From an uncultured archaeon (GTDB lineage Archaea; Iainarchaeota; Iainarchaeia; Iainarchaeales; Iainarchaeaceae), in assembly GCA_902386385.1 (NCBI GenBank), contig CABMIU010000013.1, forward strand, positions 1,667 to 65,666: a stretch of DNA of 64,000 bases, given 5' to 3'. Under the pieces are notes generated by a model. It worked only from the letters and a program-made list of their open reading frames with translations. It ran no database searches and was not told the DNA's origin. Shown here piece by piece: positions 1-10,360 of the stretch (positions are counted from its first letter, which is position 1; each line of letters begins with the position of its first letter). A program made the translations under genes and the position numbers.

Positions 1-461
1 GCACCCACCCGCAGCAGTTCAACAGGCTTCTCGAGGAAATCGACAGGCTCGTGCAGGCAGGAAAAATATCCGGAAGGGTTCTGTGCCAATCTGGCCACAG
101 TGATTATTCCACTAAATATTTCGAGTCGAAAAAATTCATGGGAATTGAAGAGTTCGGGAAAAACGTGATTGCGGCAGGAATCTTCATCACGCATGCGGGA
201 GAAGGAAACATAGGCCTCGCGAAGAATTCCGGGGCGAAATTCATCTGCGTGCCGCGCAGGAAGGAGTTCGGGGAGCACACAAACGACCACCAGCTCGAGC
301 TAGCAAAGGTTGTCGAGGAAATGGGGCTGGGGCTCGTGGCATGGAATCCGGGAGACCTTGAATCCAGACTGGCGCAGCTTAAAGGGTTCAGGGCCGCCGA
401 TGTGCCGAGAGGAAGAATAAACGGCATTTTAGACGAGTATTTTGCGAAGGCGTTTGGATGA
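1..461 (+). CDS. Glycosyltransferase family 28 C-terminal-domain protein (Alg13/PssE/EpsF-like subunit); 5' end truncated by window edge
   Basis: The reading frame is open from nt 3. It carries the motifs ITHAGEGNI and FGEHTNDHQLELAK typical of Alg13/PssE-like UDP-sugar transferase subunits. Confidence 0.75.
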   Translation, partial: THPQQFNRLLEEIDRLVQAGKISGRVLCQSGHSDYSTKYFESKKFMGIEEFGKNVIAAGIFITHAGEGNIGLAKNSGAKFICVPRRKEFGEHTNDHQLELAKVVEEMGLGLVAWNPGDLESRLAQLKGFRAADVPRGRINGILDEYFAKAFG

Positions 462-1366
462 GGGCAAAAGGCATAAAAAGCGGAAAAAACGCGAGCATAG
501 TGGTTGCGGCATACAACAGCATGCACACCATCAAAAAAACCCTTGACGCCCTCCTTGCCCAGGAATTTTCAGGGGACTTTGAAATCATAGCGGTGAATGA
601 TGGCAGCACTGACGGCACAGGGGAATTCCTAGACAGCTACGCAAAACAGGAGAAAACAAAGGGGATTTTGAGCATTATCCACCAGCCGAATTCAGGGGTT
701 TGCAGGGCGAGGAATGCGGGAATCCGCGGGGCGAAATATGAAATCGTCGTGAACATGGACCATGACTGCATTGCTGAAAAGAGCTGGCTGGAAAAAATGG
801 TTGCGGGCTTTGATTCTGTGGGAATCGGCGTTGTCAGCGCTTATGACTACTATGGCGGAACTTCAACCGCGTTCAGGAGGGAATTGCTGGAAAAGGTCGG
901 CGGGTATGATGAGGAGTACAGGTATTACAGGGAGGACACAGACCTTTCATTCAAGATAATGGATTTGGGGTATCGGTTCAGGCTAGTGAAAGCCGGATAT
1001 ATTCATGACCACAAGGAGGCAAAGCCAAAGGGATTTTTTGGCTTTGCGGGGCATGTTCTGCAAAGGCTTTGCTACCACCAGAACGACGTGCTGCTCTACA
1101 AGAAGCACCATACAAAAGTGTGCGAGGATTTTTTGCACATAAAATCCGGGTTCATTGTGGACCCTGTGCAGGACTTCAGGGCTGCGACAGGGTTATGGAA
1201 AAATGGCGGGAAAATGGAGCTGAGCAGCCCGCGCGGGATAACTTTTCTCGAAAACAAGGGGCCGCTGCACGCTGCCGCAATTATTATTATTGGCACAGGG
1301 TATGTTATTGCAGTCAAGGCAAGCAGGCTAATCGGGAGCATTAGGTTCGGGAAGCTGTTGATATGA
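458..1366 (+). CDS. Glycosyltransferase family 2
   Basis: The N-terminal GT2 signature is present (IVVAAYNS...AQEF...FEIIAVNDGSTDGT...MDHDC...YRED). The start overlaps the upstream stop (ATGA). Confidence 0.8.
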   Translation: MRAKGIKSGKNASIVVAAYNSMHTIKKTLDALLAQEFSGDFEIIAVNDGSTDGTGEFLDSYAKQEKTKGILSIIHQPNSGVCRARNAGIRGAKYEIVVNMDHDCIAEKSWLEKMVAGFDSVGIGVVSAYDYYGGTSTAFRRELLEKVGGYDEEYRYYREDTDLSFKIMDLGYRFRLVKAGYIHDHKEAKPKGFFGFAGHVLQRLCYHQNDVLLYKKHHTKVCEDFLHIKSGFIVDPVQDFRAATGLWKNGGKMELSSPRGITFLENKGPLHAAAIIIIGTGYVIAVKASRLIGSIRFGKLLI

Positions 1367-2466
1367 AAATTGTCATTGTAGGCCCGCTTCCCCCTTACAG
1401 GGGAGGGATAGCGCATTCGAATTACATACTTTGCAGGAACATTGCAAAGGGAAATGACCTCACTGCAATAAGCTTCTCGCGGCTCTACCCGAAATCGCTT
1501 TATCCGGGAAAATTCCAGGAGATTGGCGCGCCCCCCGAATACGGCTTCAAAGTTGAAAGTATTCTTGACGCAATAAACCCCCTGAACTGGATAATGGTTT
1601 CGCTGAAAATCAGGGAACTGAACCCTGAACAAGTGACTTTGCAGTGGTGGCACACTTTTTTCACCCCTGCGTATTTCACCATAGCGGTTATGGCAAAGCT
1701 TTTAACGAAGGCAAAGGTGTCGATGGTTGTGCACAATGCGCTTCCGCATGAAAGCTCCTTCCTGCACAGGATTCTCACAAGGATAATGTTCTCGCAGGCG
1801 GATTTTTTCGTGGCGCTCTCGGCTTCTGACGTGGAGAACATAAAGGCACTGAAGAAAGGGGCCAAGGCAGGGTTCCTGCAGGAGCCAGCTTATTCGGATT
1901 ATTTTGCAGGGGGAAATGATGCAAAAAACGGGCTGAAGCACAGGGTTCTTTTTTTCGGGTTTGTGCGAGAATACAAGGGACTGCATTACCTCATTGATGC
2001 AATGCCGGCAATCCTCAAGGAATTGCCTGGCATGAAGCTGGACATTGTGGGCGAGTTCTGGAAAGACAAGGGGGAGTACCTCGCGCAGATTTCAGGGCTC
2101 GGCATTGGAAGCAGCGTGAATGTAATCGACAGGTATGTCAGGGATGAGGAGGTAGGGGATATTTTTTCAGGGGCTGATGCAGTGATACTTCCCTATGTTT
2201 CCTCGACACATACCGCGGTTGTCCAGCTTGCGGCAGGCTTCGGGTTGCCCGTGATATCAACTGATGTCGGCGGGAACAGGGATGTGATTGAAAGCGGGAA
2301 GAACGGGATTCTTGTAAAGCCGAAGGATTCAATGGCGATTGCGGATGCGGTGGTAAAGTTCTACAAAAAAGGGCTTTGGAAGGAATTCAGGCAGGAAATG
2401 AAGTCAAAGGCAGGGGTGCTGGGATGGAACAGGGAAAAGGAAGCGGTGTTCTTCAACACAAAATAA
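1363..2466 (+). CDS. Glycosyltransferase family 4 (GT-B, retaining)
   Basis: The C-terminal GT4/Glycos_transf_1 motifs are present (FFGFVREYKGLHYLIDAM...LPYVSSTHTAVVQLAAGFGLPVISTDVGGNRDVI). Confidence 0.8.
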   Translation: MKIVIVGPLPPYRGGIAHSNYILCRNIAKGNDLTAISFSRLYPKSLYPGKFQEIGAPPEYGFKVESILDAINPLNWIMVSLKIRELNPEQVTLQWWHTFFTPAYFTIAVMAKLLTKAKVSMVVHNALPHESSFLHRILTRIMFSQADFFVALSASDVENIKALKKGAKAGFLQEPAYSDYFAGGNDAKNGLKHRVLFFGFVREYKGLHYLIDAMPAILKELPGMKLDIVGEFWKDKGEYLAQISGLGIGSSVNVIDRYVRDEEVGDIFSGADAVILPYVSSTHTAVVQLAAGFGLPVISTDVGGNRDVIESGKNGILVKPKDSMAIADAVVKFYKKGLWKEFRQEMKSKAGVLGWNREKEAVFFNTK

Positions 2467-3401
2467 ATTGGCATTCACAGGCTTTGCAGACGGCTATCAA
2501 GGCAGCGGTCAGCATAGCTGCATTGTGGCTGCTGTTCAGCTGGGTGGGCATGGGAAAAATCTCGGAGTCTCTTGCGGGATTCGACGCGTTTTTTATATTG
2601 CCTGCATTGCTTCTCCTCGCGGTCATCCTGGCTATAAATGCAGTGAACCTGAAAATCCTGACGGAATGTTTCGGGAAAATAAGCATGGCGGACGCTTTCT
2701 GGTATTCGCTCTCCGCAAGGGCTGCCGGCTTTGTGATGCCAGGCAAGATAGGGGAGTTCTCATATGGCGCGATGATGTCAAAACAAGGGGTATCAATCGC
2801 GGAGGGCATGGCTGTTGTCGCGGTTGACAAGGCAATGACTTTTTTAGCGCTTTCCATTGCAGGCTCGTTCGGGATAGCATCACTATTTCCTGCACAGGCA
2901 ACATTGGCAATCGGGGCGATTGCAGTCGCGTGGGTGGCGGTTGCAGCGGGAATCATGGCACTTGGGAACAAAGGCTTCACGGCACTTGTTGAAAGATTTT
3001 TCGGGAAGGGAGTTGCAGGGTTTTCTCTGGCAGTGAAGAAGATTTCCGGTAACCGTCTGGCGCTCGCAAAGAACTTTGCGCTGACAGTCATAAGGATGCT
3101 GCTGCAGGCGGTTTTTTTTCTCGCGCTTTTTGCCGGATTCGGCTCAGCGATGGGTTTTGCTGAAATGGTTTTCGTTGTAGCGGTCAGCATTGTCATTTCC
3201 CACCTGCCGTTCACGCTTTCCGGGCTGGGGGCAAGGGAAGGCGCATTTGTTTACTTGTGTACACTTTATGGAGCGCCTGCAGCTGCCGCGGGCTCCGTTG
3301 CCCTGCTCTCGCTCGCAATGGACTGCATTTTCACTGCAGTTGCTGTGATTGCAAAACCGGCAATTCAAAATATCCTGGGCTGGACAAAAGCAAAGAATTA
3401 A
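2376..3401 (+). CDS. UPF0104 / lysyl-phosphatidylglycerol-synthase-TM-like polytopic membrane protein (flippase-like); start uncertain
   Basis: The protein is multi-TM with PGKIGEF and REGAFVY motifs. The first ATG overlaps the upstream gene by 91 nt; an in-frame TTG at 2484 is an alternative start. Confidence 0.6.
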   Translation: MEGIQAGNEVKGRGAGMEQGKGSGVLQHKINWHSQALQTAIKAAVSIAALWLLFSWVGMGKISESLAGFDAFFILPALLLLAVILAINAVNLKILTECFGKISMADAFWYSLSARAAGFVMPGKIGEFSYGAMMSKQGVSIAEGMAVVAVDKAMTFLALSIAGSFGIASLFPAQATLAIGAIAVAWVAVAAGIMALGNKGFTALVERFFGKGVAGFSLAVKKISGNRLALAKNFALTVIRMLLQAVFFLALFAGFGSAMGFAEMVFVVAVSIVISHLPFTLSGLGAREGAFVYLCTLYGAPAAAAGSVALLSLAMDCIFTAVAVIAKPAIQNILGWTKAKN

Positions 3402-3413
3402 GGAGTATGCGGG

Positions 3414-4439
3414 ATGAAAATTAACCAGGGATTGGCGTTTCAAATGAACATTATTGTCACAGGCGCTGACGGATTCATCGGAAAGAGGCTCTGCATGCGC
3501 CTCGCGGAAAAGGGGCACACCGTACTCGCATTGGTAAAATCCATGGGCGAAAGCCGGTTTGCCAAAAGTTTCTGGCACGAAAAAGGGGTTGTGGCAAAAA
3601 AATCTGCCGGAAAAATTCATTTTCTTGAGGCAAATATCCTTGACCTCGGCCAGTTGCGCAAGGCCCTGTGCGGAGCCAGGGCGGATTGCTGCATCCATCT
3701 TGCGGGATTTTCAAACAATCCTCGCAGCCCTGAAGAGGAGACTGCTTGCTTCTCTACAAATGTTGACGGAACCAAAAATGCCATCGAGGCTCTCGCGGGC
3801 ATGAAGGATATAGGATTTGTTTTCATGTCAAGCGCAAAGGTTTACGGGAATTCTGCAGGCAGCGTGGACGAGTCCAGCCCCCTCCTCGCAGACGATGCAT
3901 ATTCGAAAAGCAAAATCGAGGCTGAGAAGGCCGTGATGGAGGCCGCGGAAAATGGCAGTGTGCGGGCGATAATCCTGAGGCCTTCGAATTCGTATGGCCC
4001 GGGGGACCTTTCTTTCCAGAGGATAATACCGGGGTCGCTGAAAAGGATTCTTGCAGGGGAACCGCCGGTTGTTTACGGCGACGGCATGGCGATGAAAAAT
4101 TTCATTTTTGTCGGAGACACTGTCGAGGCGATAATTTCGGCTGCAGAAAACTCGGAAAAGGCAAAAGCGGCAAATGGGGCGGAAGTCATAAATCTCTCGA
4201 GCGGGAAGAACATCAGCATAATGGACATCGAGGAAATATTGCTCATGGAGTGCGGCAGCAGCCTGAAGCCGCTTTTCCTCAGGGACAAGAAAGGGGAATC
4301 CGCGCCTGAAATTTCCACCCGCAAGGCAGAAAGGCTGCTCGGCTGGAGGGCCTGCACGAGCATCGGGGACGGCTTGAGGCAGACGGTTAAATGGTACAGG
4401 GGACATTTTGAGGATGAGCGAAAAATCGCCAAAGACTGA
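3414..4439 (+). CDS. NAD-dependent sugar epimerase/dehydratase (extended SDR)
   Basis: It has the Rossmann motif IIVTGADGFIGKRL and a YxxxK-type SDR core. Confidence 0.8.
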   Translation: MKINQGLAFQMNIIVTGADGFIGKRLCMRLAEKGHTVLALVKSMGESRFAKSFWHEKGVVAKKSAGKIHFLEANILDLGQLRKALCGARADCCIHLAGFSNNPRSPEEETACFSTNVDGTKNAIEALAGMKDIGFVFMSSAKVYGNSAGSVDESSPLLADDAYSKSKIEAEKAVMEAAENGSVRAIILRPSNSYGPGDLSFQRIIPGSLKRILAGEPPVVYGDGMAMKNFIFVGDTVEAIISAAENSEKAKAANGAEVINLSSGKNISIMDIEEILLMECGSSLKPLFLRDKKGESAPEISTRKAERLLGWRACTSIGDGLRQTVKWYRGHFEDERKIAKD

Positions 4440-4453
4440 AATAAAAAAAATTA

Positions 4454-4468
4454 CTAAAGGTTAAAATA
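4454..4468 (+). promoter_or_regulatory. Putative archaeal BRE/TATA element (ctaaagg-TTAAAATA) about 30 nt upstream of gmd
   Basis: A purine-rich stretch followed by an A/T-rich octamer lies at the expected distance from the ATG at 4499. Confidence 0.3.
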
Positions 4469-4498
4469 GTTTGTTTTTATGTTTTGTGCGGTGTGTGA

Positions 4499-5473
4499 AT
4501 GAAAAAGGCGCTCATAACTGGCATCAACGGGTTTGCGGGATCGCACCTTGCGGATTACATTATAGACAACAGGCTCGCAAAGGTATACGGCACTTACAGG
4601 GGCAAGAGCACTGATTTCTCCAACATAAGGCAAATCCGGGATAAAATCAGCATGGTGAAATGCGATGTCACTGATTATTTTGCGGTTGAAAAGGCACTCC
4701 GCGAAGTGAAGCCGGATTACGTTTTCCATCTTGCCGCGCAGTCCTATGTGCCTGATTCGTGGAAATCGCCACACGAGACACTGGAGTCAAACACCCTCGG
4801 AAGCCTGAATCTCTTCGAGGCAATCTGCAGGGCGGTCGACCCTGAGATAAAGGTGCAGGTTGCATCGACGAGCGAAGTTTATGGCAAGGTGTATGAAAAC
4901 GAGTTGCCGATAAAAGAGACAAACCAGCTTAGGCCCCTGAGCCCTTATGGCGTGAGCAAGGCAGCGATGGACCTGCTGGCTTACCAGTATTTCCAGAGCT
5001 ACGGCCTCAAGGTGGTTAGGACAAGGGCGTTCAACCATGCCGGGCCGCGCAGGGGCGAGGTTTTCGTGGACTCGAACTGGGCAAAGCAGATTGCGGAGAT
5101 TGAGATGGGCCTCAAGGAGCCGGTTGTGCTCGTTGGCTCGCTCGACTCGAAGAGGGACTTTACTGATGTCAGGGATGTTGCGAGGGCATACTGGCTCGCG
5201 ATAGAAAAAGGCGAGCCCGGCGAGGTCTACAACATCTGCTCAGGAAAGACACACACGATGAAGTCAATACTCGACAGGCTGCTTTCGATGACAGACAAAA
5301 AGATTTCTATCAAAGAGGACCCTTCAAGGCTGAGGCCTTCGGACGTGAAGGTCCTGCTCGGCGATTCCACGAAGTTCTCGCAGAGGACTGGCTGGAAACC
5401 CGAGATTCCGCTTGAAAAGACAATGGCTGACCTGATGGAATACTGGCGGGAAAAAATAAAGCGCAACTGCTGA
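4499..5473 (+). CDS. gmd: GDP-mannose 4,6-dehydratase (short archaeal form)
   Basis: The motifs ITGINGFAGSHL, FNHAGPRRGEVFV and RPSDVKVLLGDSTKFSQRTGWKPEI align closely with bacterial Gmd. Confidence 0.75.
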   Translation: MKKALITGINGFAGSHLADYIIDNRLAKVYGTYRGKSTDFSNIRQIRDKISMVKCDVTDYFAVEKALREVKPDYVFHLAAQSYVPDSWKSPHETLESNTLGSLNLFEAICRAVDPEIKVQVASTSEVYGKVYENELPIKETNQLRPLSPYGVSKAAMDLLAYQYFQSYGLKVVRTRAFNHAGPRRGEVFVDSNWAKQIAEIEMGLKEPVVLVGSLDSKRDFTDVRDVARAYWLAIEKGEPGEVYNICSGKTHTMKSILDRLLSMTDKKISIKEDPSRLRPSDVKVLLGDSTKFSQRTGWKPEIPLEKTMADLMEYWREKIKRNC

Positions 5474-5567
5474 TGCCGGGGCCAAAACCAACTCGCAATC
5501 TTCAATAGCATGAATTTTCAATGCGCTGAATCCGCATTATGGAGGAAGCTGCCTTATTTTCCAATGC

Positions 5568-6905
5568 TCATTCGCCTTCGAAATCCACTATGCTGAACGC
5601 CCTGAAGCCAGCGGCTTCGAGCCTTTCCTTGCCCTTGAGGCTCGGCAGGTTGATTATGAAGCTCGCTTCAATTACTTCGCCACCAAGCTTTTGTATCAGC
5701 TTGCATGCTGCGAGCGCGGTTCCGCCGGTGGCAATGAGGTCGTCAACAAGCAGCACCTTCTGCCCTTTTTCAATCGCATCCTTGTGCATCTCAATCCTGT
5801 CCCGCCCATATTCGAGGGAATATTCCTCATAAACTGTCTCCGCCGGAAGCTTGCCTGCCTTGCGGATTAGTGCAAAGCCAAGGCCGAGCCGGTTTGCAAG
5901 GACAGCACCGGTGATGAACCCCCTTGATTCAATACCCGCGACCAAATCGATGCCCATGTGCTCATACCTTTCAACGAGCAGGTTGACCAGACGGGTAAAT
6001 CCCCCTTTGTCCTTGAGCAGGGTGGTGATGTCCCTGAACATTATGCCTTTCTTCGGCCAGTCGGGGACTGTCCTGATTTTGGATTTTATGAGCGCTGCAA
6101 CAGCAGCCTTGCCGCCTTTTCCGCTTTTGCCCCTTTTGCCAAGGCCCCCTTTTCCGCCGGTTTCCTGCACGCGGCAATTCGAAACGAGTTCCTTTACAAG
6201 CCTGAAGGAATTTTCAGAAGCGGCCCTGAACAGCGCGGTAAAATCAACCGGGGCAGAGTGGTCCGCCCGGTCGGAAATGGAACGGATGATCAGGTGCGGG
6301 ACATTGTTCAGCGCGCAAACATGCGCCACAGCGGCACTCTCCATGTCAACGCAATCGCCCCTGAATTCCTTCCTCAGCAAGGCGGAGCGCTCCCTGCTCG
6401 CAATGAACTGGTCGCCGGTGAGAATCCTGCCCTCTATCGCCTTAAGGCCAAGCTTCCTGGCAGCGGCGGAAGCGCACTCAGCAAGTTCCTTGGATGCATT
6501 GAAAAATTTCAGTTCAGAAAAAGGGACCCTTCCCCTTTCAAAGCCGAGGTCGGTGGCATCAATATCGTGCTGCATACTGTCCTTGGAAATCACGATGTCA
6601 TTGAGGCCTAATTCGGGGTTCAGGGCGCCTGCAACCCCGGTGAATACGATTGATGAAACCCTGAAGTTAGTTATCAGCACCTGTGCACATATCGAGGCAT
6701 TTACCTTGCCCGCGCCTGACTTCACGACAACGGCGTCCTTTCCGGCAAGCTTTCCGGAGAAAAAAGCGAAGCCAACCAGCTCGGTTTTCTCGAGGCCGGC
6801 CAGTTCAGGGATATAATGGTCAATCTCTTCCTGAAGTGCGCCCATTATTCCGATTGCCGCCATGATTCCACCTTGCCACCAGAACTTTTTAATCATATCA
6901 TGCAA
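5568..6905 (-). CDS. Fusion protein: N-terminal 5'-methylthioadenosine/S-adenosylhomocysteine nucleosidase (PNP_UDP_1 fold) joined by a Gly/Lys linker to a C-terminal adenine phosphoribosyltransferase
   Basis: The N-domain has MGALQEE and [11 protein letters not shown] (MtnN/Pfs-like). The linker is [17 protein letters not shown]. The C-domain has the APRT PRPP loop [13 protein letters not shown] and ...[11 protein letters not shown]. Confidence 0.75.
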   Translation of the reverse strand: MHDMIKKFWWQGGIMAAIGIMGALQEEIDHYIPELAGLEKTELVGFAFFSGKLAGKDAVVVKSGAGKVNASICAQVLITNFRVSSIVFTGVAGALNPELGLNDIVISKDSMQHDIDATDLGFERGRVPFSELKFFNASKELAECASAAARKLGLKAIEGRILTGDQFIASRERSALLRKEFRGDCVDMESAAVAHVCALNNVPHLIIRSISDRADHSAPVDFTALFRAASENSFRLVKELVSNCRVQETGGKGGLGKRGKSGKGGKAAVAALIKSKIRTVPDWPKKGIMFRDITTLLKDKGGFTRLVNLLVERYEHMGIDLVAGIESRGFITGAVLANRLGLGFALIRKAGKLPAETVYEEYSLEYGRDRIEMHKDAIEKGQKVLLVDDLIATGGTALAACKLIQKLGGEVIEASFIINLPSLKGKERLEAAGFRAFSIVDFEGE

Positions 6906-6958
6906 TCCGGAAATCCGTGCAGGCTACTTTGGAACCCGCAGCCAAACGATTGAAGGCC

Positions 6959-8485
6959 CTATTCCTGCAATGGCCCGCCATTGTAACGGTACAATGCAAG
7001 GCTGATTTTCTTGTCCTCTGCAACAAGCTCAAACGAACCGTGGTTCCGCTCATAAAAATCGAACGCCTTTTTTCTCTCGCCTTTCACCAGTTCAGCGCGC
7101 GGGGATGTGTCTGATGAGACATTGGTGTAATCAATCAGGAGCATATACCCTTTTCCCGCCTTTCGGAACTCTGCAACCGGGTCAATGCCCTGCGGGTTTC
7201 CCGCAAGGTCCGGCTTAGGGTCTATTGAGAAGTATTTCCGGTCCGGGAAAAATCCCCTGACAAAGTACATTGAATCGTCGCTGCTGCCAAGTATCAAAGA
7301 ACCGGCTTCAGTGTTTGCATATATCGTGCCGAATGCCGCACTGCGCTTTTCGGAAAGGTAATCCTGATGCACATCGGAGGAATATGCCGCAACAAGGAAC
7401 ATCACCACAAAAAGCGCCAATGGGGTGGCCGCGGGGTTTTTGCGCAAAAGACCGATTTTGTTTGACAAAACCCCGGTCCAGGAATCAAGCATGCAGGCAT
7501 AGGGGATTATCAGCACTCCAATCAGGGGCACGAGGTAGCGGAGCCTCGCCGTGAAAAGCGAGGAAAGGGAAAAGTCGAAATTGAAAAGGTCGGTGAACAT
7601 GCCGTTGAAAACGAGGTAAGCCGCGGCGAACAGGGCGAATTCCTTCCTGAGGCCAGATTTTTTCTCAATAAACGGGGAAGCAAGCATAAGCGGGAGGTAA
7701 AGCAGCAGTATCCCCAGGTATGCAATGAAATTCGGCAGCCTGTCTGCTGAAAACCTGAGGAAAAGCCTGAGCACGGACCCGTTGCCGCTAGTGAACGCGC
7801 CGCCATACACTGCTGAGTTGAATGCGAACAGGAATGCCGCACAGGGAATTCCTCCAAGGAAGAACCAGAGGAATTTTTTACGGCTTGAAATCAGTGCTGC
7901 TAAGGCCATTGCCGCGACGCCATACACTGCATCATACCTCACAAGGACTGCAAGGCCTGCGAGAAAGCCTGAAACTGCCCAGTCTCTCCTGCGTTCCGAG
8001 ATGTAAAAGCAAAATGCAGCGAGGAAAAAAGTCAGGGTTAGGAGTTCTGGGTAGAGCGTCCTTGATTCCCAAATAAATGTCGGGAGGAAAAGATAAATCA
8101 GTGAAAATATTTTGCTTACCTTCAGTTTTTCGAATATTTTTATCAGTATGAAGAAATTTATGAGGTGGATGATAAGACCTGAAAGCATTACGCCTGAAAT
8201 GCCGAAAGGCAGGAAAGGGATGAGCGAAACCGACCTTCCGAGAACCCTGTCGGAAATGTATTCGGTGCCGTTGAACACTGTTGAGCGGCTGGCATATTCA
8301 GGGGCAGGCTCCCCGATTTTGCCATGCGATAGCAGGACTGCATTCCTGAGGTAGCCCTGTTCGTCTATTGACGCGTAAAAAGGCGGGAAAAAAAGCATGA
8401 AAAGGGCTATGCAAGCGATGGCTGAAAAAACAAGGGCAGCGTCCTCGAATTTGCCTTCGCCTAAGCGCATCCACCGGGCAGGCAT
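6959..8485 (-). CDS. Polytopic GT-C-fold glycosyltransferase (ArnT/PMT_2-like, polyprenyl-phosphate-sugar dependent)
   Basis: There are more than 10 predicted TM helices, an IDEQGYLR (DE..Y) motif in the first extracytoplasmic loop, and a soluble C-terminal domain. Confidence 0.6.
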   Translation of the reverse strand: MPARWMRLGEGKFEDAALVFSAIACIALFMLFFPPFYASIDEQGYLRNAVLLSHGKIGEPAPEYASRSTVFNGTEYISDRVLGRSVSLIPFLPFGISGVMLSGLIIHLINFFILIKIFEKLKVSKIFSLIYLFLPTFIWESRTLYPELLTLTFFLAAFCFYISERRRDWAVSGFLAGLAVLVRYDAVYGVAAMALAALISSRKKFLWFFLGGIPCAAFLFAFNSAVYGGAFTSGNGSVLRLFLRFSADRLPNFIAYLGILLLYLPLMLASPFIEKKSGLRKEFALFAAAYLVFNGMFTDLFNFDFSLSSLFTARLRYLVPLIGVLIIPYACMLDSWTGVLSNKIGLLRKNPAATPLALFVVMFLVAAYSSDVHQDYLSEKRSAAFGTIYANTEAGSLILGSSDDSMYFVRGFFPDRKYFSIDPKPDLAGNPQGIDPVAEFRKAGKGYMLLIDYTNVSSDTSPRAELVKGERKKAFDFYERNHGSFELVAEDKKISLALYRYNGGPLQE

Positions 8486-8620
8486 GTGTTTCGGATTAAT
8501 TTTCCTGGCGGCGTTAATTTAAAGTTAGCTTGGGCCCCCTGACAGGTGCAGGTACCAAAACCATTAAAAGGCGTGCAAAGCAATTTTTAGAAGGAATAGC
8601 TGTTTGCATTATGCTGAAGT

Positions 8621-10324
8621 GTGCCAATGGAAAATGAAACCAAACAAAAGCCGGTTTTTGATTCGCCGAATGATGCCGCAAATTGGCTCGCAGAAATCGC
8701 GATGAAAAGGCTTTCATGCGGAAAAAACCTCCTCGAAGCGTCCCTCTATGACGGGAGCCCGCTGTGGTGGGCTGCGCATACAGAGCTTGCGTTATATATT
8801 TCAGGGCAACTAGTTGATGTTGAAAAGCGGCAAAAAAGGCATTTTGCCCCCGAGGCCGCGATGTGGGCCCTGGAACTGGCGGACCAGCTCGGGACAACTG
8901 CCATTGCAAAAACGATTGTTGCACTCCAGTTCCTCAAAGGAAAAAGCGCGGGCAACAGGAAAAAAGTCCTGTTCTTCACTTATGAAAAGGGGTGGCGCGG
9001 GATTCCTGACCCCAAGACCGGAAAAATGGTGGAGGGAGATATCCATTACAGGGCAGTGATGGATGAGCTCCTGGACTGTGGTTATGGTGTCGAGGTTGCA
9101 ACTGTTGCGCCTCTATGGAGAATCGGGTTCTGGACAAGCGCAAATGAAGCGTTAAAGAGGGCGCTTATGCAAAAGCCACTGCACCTGCCGCTAGAGAATT
9201 TCTGGGATTTCGGGGTTTACTCCAGGCAGAAAAAAGCCGGGGCCGGGTTTTCAGCCGCATGGAAAGAGATAAATTCTGACGAAGAGTTCTGGAAATCATT
9301 TAATGCCGGGGGGAAAGATTTCCGGGAGGAAACGAGAAGGATGTCAGAATTCTTTTTTGTGAGCCACTTCCGGAAGGTTGCGAAGGCGGTGGAGCTTTTC
9401 AGCAGGCTGATAGAGAGGGAAAAACCCTGTGTCCTCGTGGCCCCGAACCACGGGGGATGGTACTGGAAAGCTTTGCTCATAGCGGCAAAGGCAAAAGGGG
9501 TGAAAGTCCTTTCGACGCAGCACGCAGGCATTACAGACGACATCCTTTCTTACTTCAATTACCCCCCGCTCACGGGAAAAAAGCTCGGTGTGCAGTTGCC
9601 GGATGCTTTTGCGGCACAGGGGATATGGACCTGCAGGCTTTTTGAAAAAACATGGGGTTACCCAAAAAGCATGCTGAAGGTAACAGGCCAGCCGAGGTAT
9701 GATTTCATTCCTGCGGCAAAAAAATCGTTCGACAGGGAATCCTGCCTCAAGGGCATGGGCATAAGCCCTGAAAAAAAAGTAGTTTTGTTCGCGACACAGC
9801 TTGCAGTGCCGCCTTTTGTCGATGATGAAAGGCTCATCTTCAGGGCACTGGCAAAAATCCAGCGGTCGAGCGGCATAGGAATCATTGTCAAGCCTCATCC
9901 CAGGGGCAAGGCTGAGGATTATGAAAAAATAGCGAAAGAGGAAGGGGCGGATGCGGTTGTAATTGGCGAAAATTCGGTTTTCCATGAGGCCGTGCTCGCC
10001 TCTGACCTCGTGATATCGCTGCCGTCCACGATAATAACCGAGGCCCTGATGCTTTGCAGGCCTGCAATGCTCGTTGATTTCGGGGAAGGCAACCACAAGT
10101 TGCCGTGGGTGGAAAGCGGGGTTGCAATCCCGATATCTGAAAAAGACGGCATAGAGAAAAATATTGGGCTAGCGCTTTTTGACGGGGCCACGAGGAAAAG
10201 GCTTGACCGCGCGCGTGAGAAATTCGTTCTGGAGCACTGCTTCCTGCAGGACGGTAAGGCGGCAAAAAGGGTCGCGGTGCTGATAATGGAAATGATTGAG
10301 GGCAATCGACAAAATTGGAAGTGA
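8621..10324 (+). CDS. GT-B-like glycosyl/glycerophosphotransferase (TagF/KpsS 'capsule polysaccharide biosynthesis' family)
   Basis: The C-terminal half has KVVLFATQ, KPHP and ASDLVISLPSTIITEALMLCRPAMLV, resembling the Glyphos_transf/Capsule_synth catalytic region. Confidence 0.45.
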   Translation: MPMENETKQKPVFDSPNDAANWLAEIAMKRLSCGKNLLEASLYDGSPLWWAAHTELALYISGQLVDVEKRQKRHFAPEAAMWALELADQLGTTAIAKTIVALQFLKGKSAGNRKKVLFFTYEKGWRGIPDPKTGKMVEGDIHYRAVMDELLDCGYGVEVATVAPLWRIGFWTSANEALKRALMQKPLHLPLENFWDFGVYSRQKKAGAGFSAAWKEINSDEEFWKSFNAGGKDFREETRRMSEFFFVSHFRKVAKAVELFSRLIEREKPCVLVAPNHGGWYWKALLIAAKAKGVKVLSTQHAGITDDILSYFNYPPLTGKKLGVQLPDAFAAQGIWTCRLFEKTWGYPKSMLKVTGQPRYDFIPAAKKSFDRESCLKGMGISPEKKVVLFATQLAVPPFVDDERLIFRALAKIQRSSGIGIIVKPHPRGKAEDYEKIAKEEGADAVVIGENSVFHEAVLASDLVISLPSTIITEALMLCRPAMLVDFGEGNHKLPWVESGVAIPISEKDGIEKNIGLALFDGATRKRLDRAREKFVLEHCFLQDGKAAKRVAVLIMEMIEGNRQNWK

Positions 10325-10360
10325 AACGCCAATTGGAAATCGGCTTGCAATTGGCCAGGG

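Noticed and set aside
4441-4460. An A-rich run after the epimerase gene as a terminator
   Set aside because: The run is poly-A, not poly-T, on the coding strand of the upstream plus-strand gene. It is more likely part of the downstream promoter region.
5851-6816. A 321-aa plus-strand ORF and a 217-aa ORF antisense to the MTAN-APRT fusion gene
   Set aside because: It is a Pro/Ser/Arg-rich low-complexity translation, and the minus strand has strong enzyme homology.
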